Positions 14,190-29,204 of a stretch of DNA of 64,000 nucleotides are shown one piece after another. Below the pieces are notes generated by a model, which was given only the letters and a program-made list of their open reading frames with translations, was not told where the DNA came from and searched no databases. This stretch comes from Mobula birostris (lineage: Eukaryota). Each line of letters begins with the position of its first letter. Positions within the stretch are counted from its first letter, which is position 1. The stretch lies in contig NC_092377.1 of the NCBI RefSeq assembly GCF_030028105.1, positions 99,454,865 to 99,518,864 of the forward strand, given 5' to 3'. The position numbers and the translations under genes were made by a program.

Positions 14190-14935
14190 CATCATCATTA
14201 TCATTATGTGCTGTTTCGTATGATGTTGGTGATCATGGTCTTCCATCTCTTTAATCTGAATATATTCTTATTCTTTTCTCTATCCATGATCATGATTGTT
14301 CTTGGCAAATTTTTTCACAGAAGTGGTTTGCGATTGACTTCTTTTGAGTTGTAACTTTACAAGACAGTAACCCTAGCAATTATTAATACTTTTCAGAGGC
14401 TGTCTACCTGGCATCAGTGATATGCACCAGCTGCTCATATGACCATCTACCACCTGTGCCCATGGCTTCATGTGACCCTGATTGGGGTGATAAGCAGGTG
14501 TAACCTTGCTCAAGGGGGATCTGAGGCGAGTGGAGAGAAGGAACATCTTGCATTCCTTCCCATCGCCCATTATCTACCACATGCTTCTTATTATTTCAGT
14601 GGCACCTCAACACCACTTCACATCCAGGAACCCCTGAATCTGCCAAAATTGCTCATCACGCTCCCAAAAATACAATTTAAAAAAAACTGAGGTGCAAGGG
14701 GACTGGGAGTCCTTGTGCAGGATATCCTAAAGGTTAACTTGTAGGTTGAGTCAATGTTAAGGAAGGCAAATACAATCAATGTTAGCATTTTATTTGAGAG
14801 GACGAGAATATAACAGCAAGGATGTAATGCAAAGGCTTTGAGTCAGTGGTATTATGAACACTCATGGTCCTCATATTTCAGAAAAGATGTGCTGGCATTG
14901 GAGGGGGTCCAGTGGAATGATTCTGGTAATGAAAG

Positions 14936-15500
14936 GTGGGGACCAACACCCCTCTTGTGAGGAGGCTCATGGAGGCCTGCAAGGAGAAGGCTGGGGAGAG
15001 CTTTCTGGGAACATTGTCCATGCACCCGGTGTTTCGAGCTGCTTTTGAGGAAGTGCGCGGCTGCATTGGGCCGGATACCAAATTTAAACAAGGGACTGCG
15101 TGGCTCACCCAGTCGAAGCCACTGGTGGTCCGGCCTGGGGAAGTAGGAAGAGTGATGGGAACCCCCAGATCTCCTGGTGTGCCTGAGGGCAAGGCCCCCT
15201 TAGTGGACACTCCAGAAGACCTCGAAGGGGAGTTGGGATTTCCTGCTGGGATACTGGTGAGGCCCAAATTGCAGAAACCCTCGGTTGTACAGGCAAGCAG
15301 GATGGCAGTGGTTGTCAGGAACACTACAAAGAGGGAGGTCACTTTCAGGCGGGGGATGCCCCTGGCGCATCTGTTCCTGGTGACAGATATGTCTAGTGTC
15401 CCTATGAGACAAGCCAGGGAGAAACTGTTGGAAAAAGGAGGAAAGTTGACCTCTGATTCATTCAACTTAAGGGATTCCCTGGTTCTTTGTAACCGGGCAA
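14936..15500 (+). mobile_element. Gypsy pol fragment (post-protease, dUTPase-like region)
   Basis: ORF 14936-15568: GTNTPLVRRL...VVVRNTTKREVTFRRGMPLAHLF resembles the vertebrate Gypsy protease-RT linker. Confidence 0.6.
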
Positions 15501-16199
15501 CACATCATGCAGCATCCACACAAATGAGGTTTCTTAGTTTGGCGGAGCTAGAAGCTGTCTTCCCCTAGACAAAGACATGCAGGCTGAGCCTGAGGGTTGC
15601 ATATAAAATTTTCTTGAATCTTCCTCATGACTTTTCAATTTCCTTTTCGGCCATCTTAATTCCCTCGAGCTCTAGGAGCAAAGAACAATACAGGCTATTT
15701 GACCCATGATATTGTGCTAACCAGGATGTCAATTTATACTACGTGTCTCCCTTCTGTATATCATCCATATCCCCCCCAGTCCCTTCATATTCACGTGTCC
15801 ATCTAAAAGCCTTTTAAACTCCAGCAAACTGTCTGTTTCCATTAGTAGCTAACCTTAAAGCATGTCCTCTGGTGTTTGAAATTTCTACCATGGGGAAAAG
15901 ATTCCAATGATCTAACCCCATCTATTCCTCTCATAATTTTAAAAACCTCTGTTGGTTCCTTCCGCTGCCTCTGATATTCTATGAAAAACATAAGTCTGTC
16001 CAACATTTACATTGGGCTCCTTTACTCTAACCCAGGTAGAGTCCTGGTGAACTTCTTCTGCACCCTTTCCGGAGCATCCTATACTGGCACAACCAGAACT
16101 GCACACGACACTCTAGTGTTGTCTGATTCAAGTTTTACAGAGGTGCAGTTTGACTTCCTTACTGTTGTATTCAGCACCCCCGCTAGTGTAAACAATGCA

Positions 16200-18130
16200 G
16201 TGTGCAGTGAGACTGTGAGAAAGGACAGGATGATGGGGCAAAATTGAAAAGTGTTATGAATACAGGACTGGATGTGGTAGATTTGAATGCTCACAGTATA
16301 TGGAATGTTAGATGATCTTGTTGCAAAGTTAGAGGTCGGCGTCTTTGAGTCATGGCTGAAAGAAGATCATAATTGGCAGCTTAGCATCCAAGGATACACA
16401 TTGTATTGAAAGTTCGGAGAGGGAGTGGGCTGTCTCTGTTGGTGAAAAATGAAATCAAATGTTAGAAAGAGGTGATATGGGTTCAGAAGACGTAGAATGC
16501 TTGTGTGTAGAGTTAAGAAATTGCAAGGGTAAAAAGACCCTAATGGGATTTATATACAGGACTCCAAATGGTAACCAGGATGTGGGATACAAATTATAAT
16601 GGGATATGGAAAAGGCATGTAAAAAAGGGCAATGTTATGATAGTCTGGGGGATTTCAGTATGCAAGTAGATTGGGAAAATCAATTTGATGCTGGATCTTG
16701 AGAGGGAATTTGCAGAATGCCTACAAGATTGCTATTTAGAGCAGCTCATGGTTGAGCCTACTTGGGGAAAGGCAATTCTGGATTGGATGATCTGTGATGA
16801 ACCAGATAGGATTATGGAGTTCAAGGTAAGCGAACCCTTTGGAGATAGTAATCATTATATGATAGAATTCATTCTGCAATTTCAAAGGGATAAGATAAAG
16901 TCAGATGTATCATTATTACTGTAGTGCTAGGGAAATTACAGAGGCATGAGAGAGGAACCAGCTTAAAGTTGATTGAAAGAAGAATGACAACAGAACAGCA
17001 AAGACTGGAGTTTCTGGGGGCATGTTGGAAGGCAGAAGATTGATACATACCAAAGATGAAGTGGTATTCTAAAGGGATGATGAAGTAACTATGGCTGACA
17101 AAGGAAATCAAGGACAGCATAAAGCAAAAGAGAGAGCAGATAATATAGAAAAAATTGTAGGAAATTAAAGATTGGGAAGCTTTCAAAAACAAACAGAAGG
17201 AAACTAAAAAAAACATAGAAAAGAAAAGATTAAGTATGAAGGTAAATACTATGAATAGGATACCAAAACATTTCTCAGATATATAGAGTAAAAGAGGGAG
17301 GAGAGTGGATATCAGACAACTGGAAAATTATGCTGGAGAGATAGTAATGGGGGACAAAAATACCAAATTAACTTAATAATGCGTCAGACTTCACTGTGGA
17401 TGATACTAGTAACATGCCAGAATTTCGAGTGTCATGGGACAGAAGTGTGCATTCATTAGATTCCGGAATGGTTTAGAAGGACTGGAAAATTGCAAACATC
17501 ACTCCACTCTTTGGAAAGGTAAAAGGCAGAGGAAAGGAAATTACAGGCCAATTAACCACACTTCAGTGGTAGAGAAGGTGTTGGATTCCATTACTAAGGA
17601 TGAGGCTTCGAGGTCAAGTTAGCATGATTTCTTGCAAGGGAAGTCTGTTGGAATTCTTTGAGGAAATAACAGACAGGATGCACAAAGGAGAGTCAGTGGA
17701 CACTGTTTACTTGGATTTTCAGAAGGCCTTGGACAAGGTGCCACTCATGAGGCTGCTTAACAAGTTGTAAGTCCATGGTAATACAAGAACGATCGTAGGA
17801 CGATTGGCTGACTGGCAGGAGGCAAAGAGGAGGAATATGGGGGGCGGGTGGCCTTTTCTCGTTGACTGCCTGACACGTGTCAGTGTTCGGACCGCTTCTG
17901 TTTACATTACATGTTAATAATTTGGACGATGGAATTGGCGGCTTTGTGGTCAGGTTTGTGGATATGAAGCTTGGTGGTGTTACAGGGAGTGTTGTTGAGG
18001 CAGGGTGTCTGCAGAAGGACTGAGACAGATTGGGAGAATGGTCAAAGAATGGCAGCCGGAAAGTAGTGGAGGCCATGCACTCTGGTAGAAGAAATAAAAG
18101 CTTCCAGTAATTTTCAACGGGGGGAATACC
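16200..18130 (+). mobile_element. CR1-type LINE, degraded ORF2 (endonuclease to RT)
   Basis: ORF pieces EFAECLQDCYLEQLMVEPTWGKAILD, KGNYRPI, LDFQKALDKVP. Confidence 0.85.
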
Positions 18131-18337
18131 CAAAACTCAAACTACCTCCCCACCCCCAGTCAGCTGCCAACTGATGAAGGAAAAGCAGCCAATTGCAGCA
18201 CTGAAACCTGGTAATGGACATTTCCCTTAGAACCAATCAGAGGGAATTGGGCGGCCTTTCATCAACCCTTTAAAAGCCAGCCACGAATTCTACTCCTACA
18301 TTTCAATTTCCGTAATTCAGATTACTCGGAGCGCTGA

Positions 18338-18754
<417 letters not shown>

Positions 18755-18783
18755 ATCCGGCCTCGGCACTAAACACAACAAAA

Positions 18784-18824
18784 GGCTCTTTTAAGAGCCA
18801 CTAACTCAGCAGTGGAAAGGGCTG
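18784..18824 (+). terminator. Histone 3' stem-loop and HDE of H3
   Basis: GGCTCT-TTTA-AGAGCC 18784-18799; GAAAGGGCTG 18815-18824. Confidence 0.95.
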
Positions 18825-19706
18825 TCATTTCCTATTCATTCACCTTTTGTGTTTACGACACGCCGATTTTCTCTGATCCTCCCCTGTGGGTGTTTTGTGT
18901 AATATTGTTCAATAATTCATCCCGGTTTGTTACAGACTCCAACACGGCCGGACCTACCAACACAGAGAATCAGCAGTTCTGTGCCGTTGGATTAACGGCA
19001 GCGCGAACATCAGAGATAAACTTCTCCCTTGCCCTCAGGGTGTCTCTGTACCCAAACCCCTGCCGTGAACAGCTGGTTATTATCACCAAGTTTTCTAGGT
19101 ATCTGCGGTTGTTACAGTCGTGGAGAATAGGTTTCAATCGTCTCCCGGTCCCATTTCTGCTCAAGTACATGATAAACTCACGGGGACACATCAGCCTGTA
19201 GACACTGGAATTCCGGTTCTTTCACAGAACTTTTTTCATGTTACAAACTCTCCTTAGACCGAGTTTGCGAGAGACTAATGCAGAATCGCGTTCATACAGA
19301 CCGCGAGTATAAACTGGTTCGGCTTTTGGAAACTAAATGTCCAGAAACATTCAAACTGGTGAGTTAATTAACACTTAGGGTGTTACCGTAAAATAAATCT
19401 TAATCGAATTAATGAGTCAATGCTTATTTTTGCAGGCTACGGTTTATAAACTTTCCGGCGGGCTTTTCAAATTTCAGGCCATCTGGGGTACTTTCAACGC
19501 TCTTTCCGCTCTGTGGGTTATTGTTCTCACAAGAGAATGGGAATTTAATCTCTTTAATGTAACAACGGTGTTGTTCGTGACCCTATACCGCCCAGAATGT
19601 TCCGAGCGGGTTCAAATCCATGGGACAATTGTCACCCTTTGTTTTAAACTTAATCGCATGAGTTAACATTTCAGGTCAATGGTATGGGACCTGCTCTCCC
19701 CGGTCA

Positions 19707-19747
19707 CTGCTCTCTCCGTGAGGCGGTGGGCGGCTCTTAGAAGAGCC
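19707..19747 (-). terminator. Histone 3' stem-loop and HDE of H4
   Basis: Minus strand GGCTCT-TCTA-AGAGCC (19732-19747), then CGGAGAGAGCAG. Confidence 0.93.
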
Positions 19748-19779
19748 TTTGTTTTGTGTTTGGAAGAACGAAGAGTTCC

Positions 19780-20100
<321 letters not shown>

Positions 20101-20179
20101 TCACTCCAGTCGTCGTTCAGTAACAAACTGTGCGCTGGTGTCACCTTTTATACACAGCGCCCCGACCTGTCCGAGAAAC

Positions 20180-20330
20180 GCGCAGAGAGAGAGAGAGAGA
20201 GAGAGGGGAGGAGACAAAGTGACGGGTAAGGAAGAGAGAGAGAGAGAGAGACACGGGAGGGGTGGAGACAGAGTGATGGACAGTGCGGGGAGCGGGGGGG
20301 GGGGACAGGGAGAGAGAGAGTGTTAGAGAT
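20180..20330. repeat. GA/G-rich microsatellite upstream of H4
   Basis: (GA)n runs and poly-G. Confidence 0.9.
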
Positions 20331-20799
20331 TGGGAGGGCTGGAAATAGTCCGTGACAGAGTAGAGGGCGGCTTCTCATCTTTATGATCCACAACCGCCAG
20401 TTTTCAACGGTTTGGCCGCAACGGAACAGAAACCCAGCGCTCCGGGTAAAAAAACAACAGATGCACAGATCCGATATCAAAGGTTGGTCAGTGACATTAC
20501 CACATAACGCCCTAGATAACTGACGCACTCTTCTTCAAATTTCTTCTGAATGCTCCGAAAATTAACCGATGATATTCTGGAAAAAGAATAAAGACCGGAG
20601 TTCTGACATTCAAGTAAAACACAGCTCAGGCAGCAACCGTGAACGTTTCAAACATTAGCAGAATTAACGTTTCAGGCAGGAACCTCTTCAGATAACATTC
20701 TGCTATCTTTCAACATTTAGATAATGTGCTTTATTGCCTATTTTCCTGCAAAAATGTACAATCTCACTTCCTCTCACAATGTCTCTCTACAGCCTCCTT

Positions 20800-23700
20800 A
20801 CCCCATCTTCACAACTGAACGTTCCCATCTCTCTTTATGTCACCAGTAAGTTCAGTATTCAAGGTGAGCTTTCATTTTCCTGATACCCTGTGAAGGAGCA
20901 GCTTATCAAATGGACATCTTAGTTCAGGACAACCACTGTTTCCTTTATCCGCAGCTTGTGTTCCCACTCCAAAGATTCGAGTGTAATTGTGAAACGTGGA
21001 ATCACCTTCACAAAACCCTGTCCACTTCGCTTGATTGTTTGAAGTTTTGGAAATGTGCATTTATTCTCCCTGTTGTTACAGCTTCAAGCGTTCTCTGGGA
21101 CAGGTGATAAACTGTAGAAAGGTGACCAGAATTCGCACAATACTCTGAATTTGGCCTCATCAAGTTCAAGTTAACATCCCGACTCCCGTACCCAATGTTT
21201 TGATTTATGAAGGCCAGTGTGCCTAGAGTTCTCTTTACACGTGACACCACTTTCAAGGAATAATCTGTCTGCCTTCCCGGATCACACTGCAAGCTACAAT
21301 ACCCTTCCTCGCTATTCACTACACACACAATCTTGCTGTCATCTGCAAACGTGCTGATCCGTTTTACCACATTATCATCCAGATCCTTGATATAGATGAC
21401 AGACAAACATTGATCCCTGCTTTAGAGGGGATATGATTTTGGATATAGAAAATCATGTGGGGTAGAGTTTGGGTAGGTTGCAGAGAGCTTCCCCCATATC
21501 AGAAGTGGATAGATATGCTGCACAGGGTGGGGTGAGGAGGTCCTGTTCACCCAGACAGTGTTGAGTACCTGGAGTACACTGCCAGAGAGGATGGTGAAAG
21601 TGGAGTCACGGGTGGTATTTCAGAAATGTCTCATCAAACACGAAGCTTAGAAAAATAGAGGGCTATGGGTAACCCTCTATTCTAAAATAAGTACATGTTA
21701 GGCACAGCATCATGGGCCGAAGGGCCTGAACTGTGCTGTAGGTTTTCTATGTTTCCATGTTTTCTATGTTCAAACCGTTGAATTACCAAGGCTACAGGCC
21801 AAGTATCGGAATATGGATGAGTTCCCAATGGCTGGTAGAGAGATGATGGGCCAAATGGCCTGTGATAGTGCTGTAACATTCTGTTAAAGTGAGAATCAAC
21901 AAACCCCTACTACTAGAATCATTAAACCAGGTCAATACGATAATTGTATTCACCATCTGTCCCCATTAACCCTTTCCACCTAGCCTTAGTTTATATCGAT
22001 ATTTATATCATCCCAAGTAGTTTAGTTTGGGATGGGGGTGGAGGTGAGGCTTTACTCTGGGTGGGGCGGAGGCAGCTGAACTGAAGTGGGGTTGGTCTGT
22101 ACATGCTGCGGTTTTGAAGAATGAGATGTGATATAATTGGCTTCTGGAGTTTGCTGATTAATGTGGAAAGACGGATAAGACAGCAAATGGATCAGGTGAG
22201 CTGCTCCTTGCTCTTTGCCATTATCAAGCAGATGTCCGAGCAGACTGGTAGGGTCTGGTGGGATGAGTGTTTCTCCACAGTGGGCATAATCTCTTCCCGC
22301 CTGCCACCATGGGAATGGTGAGTGTCTGTCAGTGCCTTACTGCATCAGCTCCATAGTGCAGGTTTTCCATTCTCATCCTTGGGCTCACATCCCTCCTTGG
22401 TCCTCAGCCTCTCACTCTCCCTGTAATATCTTCACATCCTGACAAACTTTCACAGTTCTGCTGTCCTCCCTCTGTGGCCTCTTCTGCCTCTATATATCCG
22501 TACCCTTTTCAGATCGGAGACCTGTGACAGTGGTGTGCTACAGGGATCCGTGCCTGGTCCCATGTTGTTTGTCATGGGTGTGTATGCTGATAAATAAATT
22601 TACTTTTTTAATGAAGTAGATTGGAGGCCTGTGACCAGCGGTACTGCTGGGGAAGGTGCTGCGTATTTTGTTTATCAAAAATATTGACAATTTGTATGAG
22701 AATATATTTGGCATCTTTACTAAGTTTGCAGTTGATACCAAAACTGATGGTATTCTGAAGTGAAGGAGGTCGTTCATTTAGAATGGGACATAGAACAACT
22801 ACAAAATTGGGCCAGATGGAATTTAATTCAGAGAAATGCTGAACATTATATTTTAGTCAGTTAAACCAGAGCAAAAGATTAGTTGCAGAATGGAGGGATC
22901 TCAGGGTAGAATTTCTGAAAGTGCCTACGAAGGTAGACACAGTGGTGAAGAAAGTGCTCGACTTCACTTGCCTTCGTTGATCAGGCCATTGAGTACATGT
23001 GTTGGGATGTTATGTTAGAACTGTACAGGATGTTGGTTGGACGGCACTTGGGGTATTGTGTATAGTTCTGGTCACCTTGATGTGATTCAGCTGGAAAGGG
23101 CACAGAATGGTTCACAAGGAAGTGACTGGGACTGGAGGGCTTGAGTTCCAATGAGAGACTGGATAGGCTGTTTTCTCTGGAGCACAGGAAGACGAGGTGG
23201 GAGCTCAGAGGTTTATTAAATCATGGATAAATAAACAGTCAGACATAAATTCTTCTGTAGCCTCACACTAACACTCTCTACCTTCCTCCAGTTCTTGTGA
23301 CCCTCTGAAATGTCTGTTCTCCTCCATCCTTGGCCCTTTTGAATCCTCACTTCCGGTTTTAGATCAGAGCACTCTGCTCTCTTGTTTCTCATATGCATTG
23401 GTGATTTGGATGGGAATGTAAATGGCTTAACTCATACACTCACAGATGACACCAAATTGGTGGTATAGTGGACAATTCTGAAGTTTGTGATATAGATTCA
23501 TTAGGAACACGAGCAAGAAAATGGCAGATGGAATTTAACTCAGACAGAAACAGAGTGAGCCAATTTGGTAATTTAGATTGGATGGTGCCTGCTTCATAAA
23601 TGGCAGGGCCCTGGTGAGTGTTGTAAAACAGAGAGACAGAAGGGTGTAAGTACATAGATCCCTAAAAGTGGCAACATAGGTAGACAGGATGGTGAAGAGA

Positions 23701-24100
23701 CATCTGATATGTTTGCCTTCACCAGTTGGAGCACTGAGTTCAATTCCTTGGAGGTCATGTGACTGAGCACCAGACATTCCTGAGACTTTACTTGGTGAAC
23801 TATGTGCAGTTTCGGTCACAGAGCTGCAGGAAATATGTCATTTGAGCTGGAAAGGGAGTAGAAAATATTCACAACGATGTCTCTGGGAACTAGAGTTATA
23901 TCAAGAGGACTGGAGTTACAAGCAGAGAACTGATAGACAGGGACTTTTCTCTGGAGTATAACGGCTGAAGGGGTTATATACGCTTGAGGGGCATCAATAA
24001 GGTGGATGGTCAGAGTCTTTTCCCCTCAGCAGAGGGAAATCTATATGTAAAGGGCATAAATATGTTGTGAGAGGATAAAGGTTTTAAAAGACCTGTGGGG
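20800..24100. mobile_element. Patchwork of CR1/HER1-type LINE 3' fragments in both orientations
   Basis: Repeated RT C-terminal motifs (ISTFADDSKI 21008-21406-; KFAVDTK about 22720; ADDTKL about 23445). Confidence 0.7.
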
Positions 24101-27022
24101 CAGATTGTATCGAAGGGATAGGAAGGTAGGCAGAGGGGGTAGTGTGGTTCTGCTAGTAAAGAGTGGCATCAAATCATTAGAAAGATGTGACATAGAATTT
24201 GAATTAAGAAAATAAGGGTGAAAGGACCCTGATGGCAGGGTCCATACTGCCGCTGGGATGCCGCAGATAGATTGGGAAAATCAGGTTGGTAATGAATCTC
24301 AAGAGAGTGAATTTGTTGAATGCCTATGAGATGGCTTTTTAGAGCAGTTTATCATTGAGCCTACTAGGGGATCAGCGATACTGGTTTGGGTATTATGTAA
24401 TAAACCAGAGGCAATTAGAGAATTTAAGATAAATGAACCATTAGGAGACAGTGATCACAATATGATTGCACTCAATTTCAAATTTGATAGGGAGAAAGTA
24501 AAGTCTGACATAGCAGTATTTCAGTGGCATAAAGGAAATTGTAGTGGTATGAGAGAGGAGTTGGCCAAAGTAAATTGGAAGGAGATGCTGGCAGGGGTGA
24601 CAGAAGAGCAGCAATGGCTTAAGTTTCTGGAAAAAATGAGGAAAGGGCAGGATAGATGTATCCCAAAACAAAGAAATGCTGACCTGGTAAGATAGTACAA
24701 CCATGGCTGACAAGGGAGGTGGAAGCTAATGTAAAAGCAAAGGACAGAGCATACAACAAAGCAAAAATTAGCGGGAAGATAGAGGATTGGGAAGTCTTAA
24801 AAATGTACAGAGAGCAACTAAAAGAATCGTTAGGGGAGTCTCCATTTGGCAGCGTATGGAGTAAGACGTTTTTTTTGTCTCAGCTCCGTCTTTCACAACT
24901 TACTTTCCACTGTTAGATCCATTTCAAGTTTGAAGATTTATTATATTTGCTGAAGGATTTTACGAGTTAATTACAATGGCCTGAACTGAAACTCTTCCTG
25001 AGCTGCAACAGAGAAATCAGAGGAAGTTTCTACTTCAGAAAGAATGCTCTCTTTAATAGAAGCTATTAATGTAAAGATTGGTATGCTGGATACCAAAATG
25101 GATGAATTGACGAAAGCTAATGAATTGTTTGAAAAAAACCATCATTGCTATTCAGGTGTCTTTGAAGAATTTGGAAGATTGATATCAGACGCTTAAGCAG
25201 AGTACTCACAGAATTGAAAGGAAATTTAAATTAATGGATCAATCTATTAAGGAACAGGATTTGAAGGTGTCTTTTATGGAAAAGAAAATTAATGAGAATA
25301 CTTCGGAATTGTCAAGAATTAAGAAGAAAATGATTGATTTGGAAAGCAGAAATCGCAGGATGAATCTACGTATACTGGGTTTGCCTGAAAATACGGAAAC
25401 CGGTGAGCCACTGAAGTTTTGTTCGAACATATTGTATTCACTTTTTAGAGACATTCTCAAAGCCTGTCTGATATTGGACACAGCCCACCGAATTCAGCGT
25501 TTTAAATCATCAGCCGAAATTAAACCACGTCCTGGAATTCTCTGTTCGCATTATTTTACAACCAAAGAAGCTATTCTTATGAATGCAAGGAAAAGGAATA
25601 AGCTAATCTGTAATGAAGTTCAGATTCATATAGTGGAAGATTTTGCCCCAGAAACCTATGCCGAAAGAATTAAATATCAGGAAGTGATGGCGGAATTTTT
25701 TATAATGACCTGTCGCCGTCGCTGCATTACCCGGCTCGTCTGATGATTGCTCCACCCAATGCTCGTCCAAAACGGATTGACTCTCCAGAACATGTTTGGA
25801 AATCTATAAAAGAGTTTAAGTCCACTTCATAAGCAATTTGAAAAGTTGATCCTTAGCTGGGAGTAGTTTGTAACGCCATTGATGAAAGTCCGCTCTTCGT
25901 TTTATCAATGTTCAAATACAGACTTGGTTAACTTACTTAGCTCTGTTGTTGTTTGTTTTAACAACTCATGTAGTTCTGAATTTAACACATATATTTTTAC
26001 TTATTTTTTCCTTGATTTAAGTTTTTACTATTAGTCGTAGTATATATTAGTTGATTGGATTTATCCTTTTGTTTGAATACATGGCTGTGTATATTAAATG
26101 GATTTAAGATGGCCATCGTTAATTCGGTCTTAACTACCGTTAGACATAATATGAAAATATTTGGAATTTGTTTACTTCTTTATGTATTCTTTGTTATGTC
26201 TTTTTGGTGGTGGTAATTTTTAAGTTTGTAAATGGAGCTGCCAACTGGAGACCCAGGTTTCGGGTCAGTAGATTAGCATGTCGTTCACCTGTTGGACGGT
26301 TTCTGGGCTTTTGGGGGAGTTGGGTGGATCTATTAGGTCAGTTGCTTTTCGACTGGGCAGTCCTGAGTGGTTTTTCTTTGTCGATAATCTTGCTTTTCTT
26401 TCTGATCGAGTCAAGCTTCACCCATTCTTCCTGCACGTTAGATTACTTTATAAAATTTTTTAATTGAATTTTAAATATGGATCTTAACAAAATTAATATA
26501 ATATCTTGGAATTTAAATGGTGTGAACCAATCTATTAAGCGCAGAAAGATTTTTAAGAAATTAAAAACACTTCATGCAGATATTTTTGCGCAGGAGACAC
26601 AGATCCGTAGACAAGATGAAAATCGTTATTTTAAATTTTGGACGGGACCCTTATTTCATTCTTTATCAGTAAATAAAATAAGGGTATCTATTTTTATTAA
26701 TTCTAAAATCCCTTTTGTTCATTTTAATACTGTTACTGATTTAATTGGAAGATACTTAATTGTTACTGGTTTGTTGTGTGGTCAAAAAGTGGCTTTGGTA
26801 TGTGTATATGCACCTAATGTAGACAGCCCTGATTTTTTTATGAAGCTATTTTCTGTATTGCCAAATTTAAATAAATGTAAGTTGATTATGAGTGGCGACT
26901 TTAACTATTGTCTTAACCCATTGATTGACAGATCGTCCACCAATCCGTCACTTCCTAATAAAGCTGTGACATGTATTAATTCTTTTTTATTAGAATACGG
27001 TCTGGATCGACATTTGGAGATT

Positions 27023-27440
27023 TAAATTTCCTTGGTGCTCGGAGTCGGAGGGCTAGTCGGAGACTCGAAGTTTTCAGACGGACTCAGAGTCAGACTGTGG
27101 TCAGGTGCTTCCAGGATGCTGCATTGGCAAGTTTGCGGCGCTGGAAGCTCATGACAGGAAGAGTTTTCTTCCTTGTACCGTCTGCGTGAGACGTTGGGAC
27201 TATCGGGACTTTGAGACTTTCTTTTACCATGCCCATGGTCTGCTCTTATCAAATTATGGTATTGCTTTGCACTGTTGTAACTATATGTTATAATTATGTG
27301 GTTTTTGTCAGTTTTAGTCTTGGTCTGTCTAGTGTTTCTGTGATATCATACCGGAGGAACATTGTATCATTTTTTAATGCATGCATTTCTAAATGACAAT
27401 AAATAAGGACTGAGTGTCCTCATAATCTAATAATCTAATT
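27023..27440 (+). mobile_element. 5'-truncated non-autonomous retroelement with an (ATCTA)n-like tail, inside L1 ORF2
   Basis: Closely similar to 40920-41335; interrupts the L1 endonuclease. Confidence 0.75.
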
Positions 27441-29204
27441 TTTTCTTGGATACACGATTGGTGCCCTCTGTTGTTGAGTGTGCCTATGATGTGATTGCGT
27501 TGTCAGATCATGCACCTATGAAACTAACTTTGGAATTCTCTGATAATATTCACATACCTCAGTGGAGATTTAATATTTCATTGTTGCAAGATTCAACTTT
27601 TGTAAATTTTATTAAAGAACAAATTTCTTTATTTTTTGAATTGAATATAACTGAGAGAATGTCAAATTTGGTTATTTGGGATACGATGAAATCTTTTCTT
27701 AGGGGACAGAATTTCAAATTCAGTAGGTTCAAGAAGGAAAACTAAGGTGGAACTTTTGCTGATCACTAATAGGATTAAAGAAATAGATAAACTCTATTCA
27801 GTAACGCCTAGTGAAGATCTCTTTAAGGAAAGGGTGGAACTCCAAGCACAACATGATTTGCTTTTGACTTTTCCCATTGAACAGCAACTTTTAAAATCCA
27901 AAAGCCAATTTTATATACATGGAGACAAATCAGGCAAATTATTAGCTGGACGGTTAAAAGCAAGTATGGCTAGAAGACAGATCCTGAAAATAAGAAGACC
28001 TGATAGAACTGCAACGGTAGATCCTTATGAAATTAATAAGGTATTTATGGATTTCTACTCTATTATTTATAAGTCTGAATTTTCAGCTAATATTACCTTT
28101 ATGAATAGTTTTTTTGCAAAAAGTGAATATACCTAAAATCTATATTCAAGATATGAACACATTAGATGCACCTATTAAACAAGAGGAAATAGCAAGGGCT
28201 ATATCCTCTCTTCAATCAGCTAAGGCTCCGGGACCGGATGGATATACCGTGGAATTTTATAAGAGTCTTACTGATATACTTGTACCTCATTTATGTCAAA
28301 TTTTCACTGACTCTATATCCTCTGGGACTCTCCTGAAAACTTTCTATGAAGGTTCAATCTCTTTAATTCCGAAAAAAGATAACGATTTATCTGAATGCGC
28401 CTCTTTAGACCAATTTCTCTATTGAACATGGATTTTAAAATTCTCTCTAAGAGTTTGGCTAATAGACTTGAGAAGATCTTACCTACTGTTATTTCTAATG
28501 ACCAAACTGGATTTATTAAAAATAGATATTCATATTTTAATATTTGAAGATTATTAAATATTATTCACTCTTCTCCGTCTAAAGAGTCTGAATGTGTTGT
28601 TTCTCTTGATGCAGAGAAAGCTTTTGATAGGGTGGAGTGGTCTTACTTGAGGTTTTGGAAAGATTTAATCTTGGCCCGGGATTTATTTCCTGGATCAAAT
28701 TGATCTATCATACTCGTATCGCTGCTGTTATAACTAACAATCAAAAATCTCCCTATTTTAGATTACATAGGGGTACTCGACAGGCATGCCCTCTCAGCCC
28801 TTTATTATTTAACTTGGCCTTAGAACCCATTGTTATTGCTCTTAGAGCTTCTAACACTGTTCAGGGTATTAAGAGAGGGGAAAAAGTACACAAGGTTTCG
28901 TTATATGCAGATGACCTGTTAGTTTATATTTCAGATCGTAGGAAATCTATTCCTTCTATGTTATCTATATTTTCTGAATTGAGTAGTTTTTCTGGGTATA
29001 AATTAAATTTACATAAATGAGTTATTTCCTATTAATAATTACTCAGATCTAAATTATCAAATACCTTTTAGTATTGCTAAAAATTACTTTACCTATCTTG
29101 GTATTAAAATTACTAAATATTTTAAGGATCTCTATACATATAATTTTTTTCCATTAATTGGCTACACCAAACAAATGCTTTCTAAATGGTCACCTATGAC
29201 ATTA

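Noticed and set aside
20655-20695. Minus-strand hammerhead-like CTGAAGA...GAAACGTT upstream of H4
   Set aside because: The core is present but stem I does not pair; treated as a decayed Penelope pLTR.
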